From assembly GCA_965219845.1 (NCBI GenBank), contig CBDCOP010000007.1, positions 335,640-399,639 on the forward strand: a stretch of DNA of 64,000 bases, in the 5' to 3' direction. The translations under genes were made by a program, and so were the position numbers. The DNA comes from Dehalococcoidia bacterium (lineage in GTDB: Bacteria > Chloroflexota > Dehalococcoidia > Lucifugimonadales > Australimonadaceae). This document shows positions 58,081 to 64,000 of the stretch, one piece after another. The notes beneath the pieces are model-generated. The model saw only the letters and a list, made by a program, of their open reading frames with translations. It ran no database searches and had not been told where the DNA came from. Every line of letters starts with the position of its first letter. The first letter of the stretch is position 1.

Positions 58081-58248
58081 CCTTACTTGTCATTCCGAGC
58101 GAAGCCGAGGAATCTCTCAGGAGACGCCCCGTCGCGCACCAACGTTCTCCCCGAGAGATGTTTCGACTCCGCTCAACATAACAAAGAGCCCCCGTCGTTC
58201 CTGCGAAGGCAGGAACCTCGCAGCCTGCCTGGTCCCCTCTCCCTACAA

Positions 58249-58380
58249 AGGGACCTTTGCATAACCGTGAGAGGGGATGTGGGGCGGGGTTATTTGATCC
58301 CTTCCCCCTCGATGGGGGAAGGTTAGGATGGGGGTGATTCGCGGGGTTTGGGGTGTGCGATGGGGTTACGCAAAGGTCCC
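58249..58380. mobile_element. MITE-like 132-bp element (copy 2, best preserved) in a hairpin loop, flanked by TACAA
   Basis: Ends GGGACCTTTGCATAACC / GGTTACGCAAAGGTCCC (16 of 17 inverted). TACAA at 58244-58248 and 58381-58385. Internal hairpin CCTTCCCCC-TCGAT-GGGGGAAGG. Flanks equal the uninterrupted modules at 56403-56440 and 56985-57030. Confidence 0.7.
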
Positions 58381-58695
58381 TACAAGGGGAGGAGGGCGCC
58401 GCCCCTGCGGGCCGGCGGGTGAGGGTACTGCGGAGGCGGGGCGTGGGGGTGCTGTGGGAGCGAGGAAAGAGCCCCCCGTCGTCCCTGTCCTTACTTGTCA
58501 TTCCGAGCGCAGCCGAGGAATCTCTCGGGAGACGCCCCGTCGCGCACCAACGTCCGGCCCGCGCGCCCCTGGGCGGGACGCCCCCCCCCAAAGCAAGAGC
58601 CCCCGCCGTATGGCGGGGGCTCTTCCACGTAACCTTGCTTGCCTCCCCTCCCCCTCTGGGAGAGGGGCACGCGCTTCAGCGCGCGGTGAGGGTCC

Positions 58696-61600
58696 TTACG
58701 GGGCGAGCGTGCTCGGTGTGTTCGACCACACCCAGTAGCCGTTGCCGTTCACTATCTCGTCATCGCTGGCGTCCTTCGGCACGGTCTTGACCCAGAGGCT
58801 CGCGGTCGTGTCGTACGTGTACGCCACGCGCCACGGGATGCTGCTCAGGTACTCGTCGGCCTCGCCGCTGCCAACGGTTTCATCCCCTGACTCGTCCTTT
58901 GTCGTCTCGCCCGGAGCCTGACCCTGGTCGTTCTGGTGAACGTCCAGCACGCCGAGCAGGTTCCAGCCCTGCGTCACCGAGACGGTCGGCAGCGTCGACG
59001 CCGGGTCGGTCTCCGCCAGCATCGTCTCGATGGTCTCGAACGTCCGAGCGTGGATCCAGTAGCCGTAGCCGCCGGTGATCTCCGTCAGCCGTCCGCGCCA
59101 CGTGCCGTCCTCTTCCTGGATCGCCGTGACCCAGTCGCCCTGCTGGTAGCCAAGCACCGGCGAGATGTACGGGTTGTTCGCCAGCACACTGCCGATCGCA
59201 GGCTCCAGCGGCGTGGCCGGCAGCGAGATCAGGTTCCAGCCCGGCGTTACGTCGATCTCGTACGGCTGGCGCGGTAGCACGTCGAAGGTGAAGTTGCCCT
59301 CATCCGACTCGTTGCCCGCGTCGTCCGCCACCGCGTACCAGACCTTGTACTCGCCGACCTCCAGGTCGCGCATCACCAGCGAGAACTCGTTCGAGTCGAT
59401 GCGCGCCAGGTTCGCGTACGCGTCATCGCCGTTCACCGTGATCTCGACCACCTCGACACGAGAGTGCGAGTCCTTGTACTCCGCGGCAGGGTTGGCGTCC
59501 TCGCCTTCGCCGCCGCACTTGAACGGCGCTTCAGCCGTGCCGGCCGGGCAGACCTCGTACTCGCGCCCCTCGCTCGAGAAGTCCAGCTTCACGAACGGGT
59601 TGGAACTCTCCGTCTCCTCGCCGTCAGAGTCGCTGCGCGGCGTCACGAAGACCTTTCCGGCTTCCTCGACCAGCCTGTCAATCTCGATCAGCAGGTCGGC
59701 GTCGTCCATCTTGCCGGGGTCCAGCTTCTTGCCCGCGGTGGGCGCAACCGCATCGCGGTGCGACCTAGGCGACCAGCCCGCCGTCGCGCCGCTGTTGTCC
59801 TCGTCGTCATCGGTCACGACGATCACGCCCACCAGTCCGTCATCGAAGACGCTCAGGTCGCCGGAAGACACCTTGTACTTACGGTTCCAGTGGTTCTCGT
59901 CTTCCTGCGCCGTCAGCGATCCAGCCTGGTCAAGGGCGCCGATCGTGTAGTCGTAACCGTCCTCGTCCTCGTTCAACGCAGCACTGAGCGAGACGAAGTA
60001 CAGCGTTGGGCGGCTCACGTCCTCGTCAGCCGTCACGTCGACGGTGAACGAGCCGCTCTTCGCGTTCGCCACCTGGCGGTCCGGCGCCGTGCCCGTGACC
60101 GTCACGGTCAGCTTCGGCGCGATCCAGTCGTCCGCCTCGTTGAGTGTCTCCGCACCGTTGGTATTGCCCGCGAGGTCGTATACGGCCCCGCCGACCACCT
60201 GCACCGTCGGCGTCGCGTCGGACGCCAGGTCCTCGGCCAGCTCGATGTAGACGGTGGCGCGCGGCTCGGTGATGGTCTCGTCCCTGATGTCCGTGCCGGG
60301 GTTGGCGGCCTTGTTGAACGCAGCCAGGGCTTCTTCCCAAGCGGTCTCCGCTTTTTCCTCAGCCTCCACGGCTGAGTCGTACAGAGCGTCGTCGATCTTG
60401 TACTGGGTCCACCGTCCGCAGAGTTCGATGTTGTCGTCATCGGTGTCAGCAGTGGAAGCGCACTCTGTGGCCGACGGCTCCGCGGTAGCCGGCGGGGTGG
60501 GCGCCACCGTCGTGTCAGCGCTGTCAGCAGTGTACTGCTCCCAACGCCCTTGAAGGAGTAGGGTCGCATTCTGCTCAGCTGTCCGTGGGTCGGCATTCCT
60601 TGCTGCTGAAACCTCGCTGCTGCTTGGCCTGGTAGTAGCCGGTTCAGCAGCCGAGTACGAAACCGCGGTGGGCGGGAACTCATCCCGCGTCGGGGCTGCC
60701 TGGTTCCGGTTGATGGCCGGCGCCCTGCTCGGGTGGATGTAGCCGACGACGTTGTGGCCGACCACTGTGATGTTGTCCGTGTTCACGTCGCCGAGAGCGT
60801 CCGCTCCGCCGACACCGAACGAGTTGAAGGTGAGCGCGATGTAGGAGCGGTCGACTTCCTCCTCGTTCTTCTCCGTGTCGTAGGAGATGCCGGTGCGCGC
60901 CTCCACCAGGTCTGGGTCCGTGTCGTCCACGCGGAACACGAACGGCTGGTCGCCGGGCGCGAGCCGGTCGTCGTCTCCGTCGGTCTCGCTCCAGTTGCCC
61001 GCGCGGTCACGCGCCCGCAACTGGTAGAGGTAGGAGCCGTCGCTCTTGTCCGCGCCGCTGGCGGTGAAGGCGTAGGCGACGCCCGCCCGGCTGCCCGCGA
61101 TGCTCCACGTGCCCGACGCGCTGATGTCCCTCTCGTCGTTCGGCGGAGTCCCGTTCATGGGGTTGGTCGCGATGTTGACGTCGATGTCCGCGGCGGGGCC
61201 GTTCGCCGCGACCTGCGCCTCGGTATCGACGGAGAGCGGCTCGGTCTCGAGGTGCGGGTCGCCGTCCGGGTTGATCTCCTCGTAGTCGCCGTCGTTGGAT
61301 ATGACGCTCTCGCCGTCGTGGCGCAGACCGGAGTCGTCGTCACGCACCTCGAAGCTGTAGGTGAGGCGGCTGGGGCGCGTCACGTCGTTGTCCTCGGGTG
61401 TGATGGCCGTGAAGTCCGGCCCGTCTCCGTCGACCGTCAACTCCACGCTCCCGGACTGGCCGGACACCGTGATGGTGATGCGGTCGCCGTGCCGTGCGAG
61501 GAGCGTAGCGATCTCCTGGACTACCGGAGGCCTGTCCCCTCCGGTGGCTGCAAAGCCCGTGGGGTTGTACTGCGCGGCGGTGGCCTGGGTTTCGACCTCC

Positions 61601-62367
61601 ACTGGTGTCGGTTCGTCAGTGTCGTCGTCAGGGGTCGCATCGTAGTCCCGCGTCTTGTCGTTCTCGCACCAGGTCGGGCCGCCGTGCTGTGTGAACGGGA
61701 CTTCACGCGCTTCGTCCCCGGTCCCGATAGTGACTGTGTCGCCCTGCTCGACGACCTTGAAGAACGCCTGGGAGTTGGCCCCGCCGGCGGCGACAACCAT
61801 CTCCATGGTGATGGACTGGCCGGAGCGGTTGTTCCGCACCGAGGCCGTTACGTTGGCCGTGCCGACCAACCGCTCATTCACGTCCTGCGTGTTCGGGTTG
61901 TTCTGGACACAGTTACGCCCGTCGGCGTTATTGCCGGTCAGCGCCGGATCGTGCGCCACGTTGACCAGGACGGTGTTGAAGGCGCCCACGTTGTTGGAGA
62001 CGTAGAGCGTGTTCCGGAAGAAGGTGTCCTGCGGGTCGACGCGTCGGTCCGCGAGGAACGCGGGGTCACCGTCATCATGCACCCCGTTGACGCCAGCACC
62101 GATATTCGTGGGGTCTGTCCCCGCCTCAATAGGAATGTGGGGAGGGGGAACAGGCGCCGTGCCAGGCCAGTCGGTGAACGTGGTCGGCCTCAGTTTCGCC
62201 AACTGGGCATCGTTGATGTCGTCGAAGACGCCGACAGAGAGGCCGGAGCGGTCACCTCCCCTGCCGTCGGTGATGTCGGATGTCTGCGCGATAGTCGGCA
62301 GAACGATGAGCAGCGAGAGCGCCACTGCCATCAAGGTCGCTATGAGCGGAATCTTCGTGAATCTCAC
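58696..62367 (-). CDS. Large secreted surface protein, family unnamed (paralog of 5026..8088)
   Basis: 1223 aa, GTG start with a purine-rich RBS. Signal peptide (IPLIATLMAVALSLLIVLPTIAQ). Same conserved blocks as the 1020-aa paralog, including FEVRDDDSGLRHDG and the C-terminal GWNLISLP...GYGYW...GWNLLG...WRVAYT...NGNGYWVW. Confidence 0.75.
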   Translation of the reverse strand: MRFTKIPLIATLMAVALSLLIVLPTIAQTSDITDGRGGDRSGLSVGVFDDINDAQLAKLRPTTFTDWPGTAPVPPPHIPIEAGTDPTNIGAGVNGVHDDGDPAFLADRRVDPQDTFFRNTLYVSNNVGAFNTVLVNVAHDPALTGNNADGRNCVQNNPNTQDVNERLVGTANVTASVRNNRSGQSITMEMVVAAGGANSQAFFKVVEQGDTVTIGTGDEAREVPFTQHGGPTWCENDKTRDYDATPDDDTDEPTPVEVETQATAAQYNPTGFAATGGDRPPVVQEIATLLARHGDRITITVSGQSGSVELTVDGDGPDFTAITPEDNDVTRPSRLTYSFEVRDDDSGLRHDGESVISNDGDYEEINPDGDPHLETEPLSVDTEAQVAANGPAADIDVNIATNPMNGTPPNDERDISASGTWSIAGSRAGVAYAFTASGADKSDGSYLYQLRARDRAGNWSETDGDDDRLAPGDQPFVFRVDDTDPDLVEARTGISYDTEKNEEEVDRSYIALTFNSFGVGGADALGDVNTDNITVVGHNVVGYIHPSRAPAINRNQAAPTRDEFPPTAVSYSAAEPATTRPSSSEVSAARNADPRTAEQNATLLLQGRWEQYTADSADTTVAPTPPATAEPSATECASTADTDDDNIELCGRWTQYKIDDALYDSAVEAEEKAETAWEEALAAFNKAANPGTDIRDETITEPRATVYIELAEDLASDATPTVQVVGGAVYDLAGNTNGAETLNEADDWIAPKLTVTVTGTAPDRQVANAKSGSFTVDVTADEDVSRPTLYFVSLSAALNEDEDGYDYTIGALDQAGSLTAQEDENHWNRKYKVSSGDLSVFDDGLVGVIVVTDDDEDNSGATAGWSPRSHRDAVAPTAGKKLDPGKMDDADLLIEIDRLVEEAGKVFVTPRSDSDGEETESSNPFVKLDFSSEGREYEVCPAGTAEAPFKCGGEGEDANPAAEYKDSHSRVEVVEITVNGDDAYANLARIDSNEFSLVMRDLEVGEYKVWYAVADDAGNESDEGNFTFDVLPRQPYEIDVTPGWNLISLPATPLEPAIGSVLANNPYISPVLGYQQGDWVTAIQEEDGTWRGRLTEITGGYGYWIHARTFETIETMLAETDPASTLPTVSVTQGWNLLGVLDVHQNDQGQAPGETTKDESGDETVGSGEADEYLSSIPWRVAYTYDTTASLWVKTVPKDASDDEIVNGNGYWVWSNTPSTLAP

Positions 62368-62769
62368 TTCTACCCCCCTTATGGAGCTGTAGTCTTGGGT
62401 TTGGCGCTCTCTCCGAGAGCAGGGTGGTCCGTTATTCCTCTGTACCTGCGCGTGCGGCGCTCCGCTTCATGTCCGATGCACAGCATGGCAGGGATGCTAT
62501 TGTCCAACGACAGCCGCCGCCCTTGCAATAGGATGCACGGGGCAGTTCTGGCCAAACCGCTCGTTATGTCTCTGCGTCAACACGCAACGCTCTTTCTACC
62601 AGCGTCACGCCCGCCTGTCAATGCAGAGGATGCGGTACACGCACAAGGATGCACAGGATGCACAGAATGGAGGCCCCCCGTCGTTCCTGCGAAGGCAGGA
62701 ACCTCGCGCTTTAGCGCGCCGCAGCCCCTATTGGGAAGGCGAGCCCGGCCCGATCCCCTCTCCCTACAA

Positions 62770-62900
62770 GGGGACCCTTGCACAATGTGGACGGACACCG
62801 GATAGCGGGGGGGGGGGGGTATTATCCCCTCTCCCTTGAGGGGAGAGGGTTAGGGTGAGGGTGAACCGGTGGGGCTGGGGCAGGGTTATGCAAAGGTCTC
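62770..62900. mobile_element. MITE-like 131-bp element (copy 3, divergent) in a hairpin loop, flanked by TACAA
   Basis: Ends GGGACCCTTGCACAATG / GGTTATGCAAAGGTCTC (12 of 17). TACAA at 62765-62769 and 62901-62905. The internal hairpin is CCCTCTCCC-TTGAG-GGGAGAGGG. Contains a G13 run (62807-62819). Confidence 0.55.
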
Positions 62901-63247
62901 TACAAGGGGTGAGGGTGAGGGTACTGTGGGCCGGGGCGTGGGGGTGTTGCGGGAGCGGGGGAGGACCTCGTCGTTCCTGCGCACCTTACTTGTCATTCCG
63001 AGCGCAGCCGAGGAATCTCTCAGGAGACGCCCCGTCGCGTACTAACGTTCCCTCATAAAGACAGAGACCGCCACGAGGGCGGTCTCGACCCTACCGGCGA
63101 AGCGATAGGGGTGGTAACACAAATGTACACGCCTACGGCACGCGTGGCAACCGCGCCGCGCTTCCTGACCCTCTCTCCCTCTGGGAGAGGGTGCCACGGC
63201 AGTGGCAGGTGAGGGTGGGCGCGACAGCGCCCCTTCCGTCATTCCAG

Positions 63248-63302
63248 CCCACACCCGTCATTCCAGCGAAGGCTGGAATCCAGGTGGCCGGCAGGCCACG
63301 CG
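63248..63302. repeat. Left copy of a perfect 55-bp direct repeat flanking the GIY-YIG gene
   Basis: CCCACACCCGTCATTCCAGCGAAGGCTGGAATCCAGGTGGCCGGCAGGCCACGCG, identical to 63946-64000. Contains hairpins ATTCCAGC-GAAG-GCTGGAAT and GTGGCC-GGCA-GGCCAC. Confidence 0.95.
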
Positions 63303-63490
63303 GTGGGGTGGGCGTGGGGTGAGGGCGGGACGGGACGCATGGGCGACCCCGATGCGCGGCTGCGCCGCGGTGTGCGCTGCCGCGCACGTCTGGATTCCAG
63401 CCTCCGCTGGAATGACGGGACCGGGGCTGGAACGACGAGAAAGGGGATGCCCGACAGGGCACACGGCTGGGAGTGGAGGGATGGGAAGCG

Positions 63491-63805
63491 TCAGCCAATC
63501 TCATCGTAGAGGTCGCGCCATTCAGGATTCGACTCCTCTATCAGCCTGAGCTTCCACTTCCTCTGCCACGCCTTGATCGCCTTCTCCCGGGCAATGGCGC
63601 TCATCATCGTCTCGTGCTGTTCGTACCACACGAGGGTGTGGACGCCGTGCCGCTTCGTGAAACCGTCACCGAAGCCCTGCTGGTGCTGCCAGATGCGCTG
63701 GGGCAGATCGGACGTAACGCCAAGGTAGAGCGTGCCGTTGCGGCGGCTCGCGAGGAGGTATACGCAGGGACGCCTGGGTTCCCTGCGGCGGTGACCATAG
63801 GTCAT
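63491..63805 (-). CDS. GIY-YIG nuclease family protein (YhbQ/UPF0213-like)
   Basis: VYLLASRRNGTLYLGVTSDLPQRIWQHQ (GIY...YIG, R, H) and EKAIKAWQRKWKLRLIE. Start taken at MTYGH (ATG 63805). Confidence 0.8.
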   Translation of the reverse strand: MTYGHRRREPRRPCVYLLASRRNGTLYLGVTSDLPQRIWQHQQGFGDGFTKRHGVHTLVWYEQHETMMSAIAREKAIKAWQRKWKLRLIEESNPEWRDLYDEIG

Positions 63806-63831
63806 GCGGAGAGTGTACGTGAAGGCGCCAG

Positions 63832-63964
63832 CCCACACCCGTCATTCCAGCCCACACCCGTCATTCCAGCCCACACCCGTCATTCCAGCCCACACCCGTC
63901 ATTCCAGCCCACACCCGTCATTCCAGCCCACACCCGTCATTCCAGCCCACACCCGTCATTCCAG
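63832..63964. repeat. 19-bp tandem repeat, 7 units
   Basis: CCCACACCCGTCATTCCAG x7 exactly, running into the right 55-bp direct repeat. The left locus (63238-63266) has only about 1.5 units. Confidence 0.97.
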
Positions 63965-64000
63965 CGAAGGCTGGAATCCAGGTGGCCGGCAGGCCACGCG
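63946..64000. repeat. Right copy of the perfect 55-bp direct repeat (truncated by the window end)
   Basis: Identical to 63248-63302. Confidence 0.95.

Noticed and set aside
62525-62670. Four GGATGC(A/G)(C/G) motifs upstream of the 1223-aa surface protein gene, as a transcription-factor binding array.
   Set aside because: The octamer is short, spacing is irregular, and no equivalent motif lies upstream of the paralog at 5026. The evidence is insufficient beyond a mention.

Overview
High-GC (roughly 65%) bacterial chromosomal window. I recognised no rRNA, tRNA or CRISPR array.

Gene content, left to right:
- A Cys-type ccmE and a DUF309 gene.
- An hspR-grpE-dnaK heat-shock operon.
- A 1020-aa secreted surface protein.
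- Small metabolic genes, including a frameshifted enolase-superfamily gene and an AcuC/HDAC-like deacetylase.
- A 6.6-kb oxygenase module (2 Rieske oxygenases, 2 bicupins, 1 dehydrogenase), bracketed by ~167-bp direct repeats of the deacetylase 5-prime end.
- A low-GC type II R-M island (NotI-like endonuclease plus Dam-like methylase). It abuts a DEXH helicase-DUF1998 gene and a DUF503 gene.
- A second catabolic block (25.4-43 kb): 3 LigB-type dioxygenases, 2 more Rieske oxygenases, tandemly duplicated RHD alpha subunits with one beta, 2 SDRs, a meta-cleavage hydrolase, a TAXI-TRAP transporter and an MFS transporter.
- rex, then a complete F1Fo ATP synthase operon (atpI-BEFHAGDC, minus strand).
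- A repeat-saturated accessory region (50.9-64 kb): a DUF151 nuclease, an MBL hydrolase, bioY, two toxin-antitoxin-like pairs, a PT-rich anchored protein, duplicated small tail-anchored protein genes, a 1223-aa paralog of the surface protein, and a GIY-YIG nuclease gene.

Most notable observations:
1. A mosaic family of palindromic repeat modules. It includes a 131-133 bp element with ~17-bp terminal inverted repeats, found three times inside the loop of another repeat hairpin and flanked each time by a TACAA duplication. Paralogous empty sites are also present.
2. A GIY-YIG gene bracketed by perfect 55-bp direct repeats of that repeat family.
3. A vapBC cassette bracketed by two copies of the 3-prime end of a neighbouring gene.
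4. Two divergent giant secreted paralogs with no family I can name.
5. A horizontally acquired R-M island next to a helicase-DUF1998 gene.

Taxonomy cannot be determined from the sequence alone. The oxygenase-rich content is reminiscent of marine Chloroflexota, but that is speculation. All family assignments come from motif recognition by eye, not from database searches.
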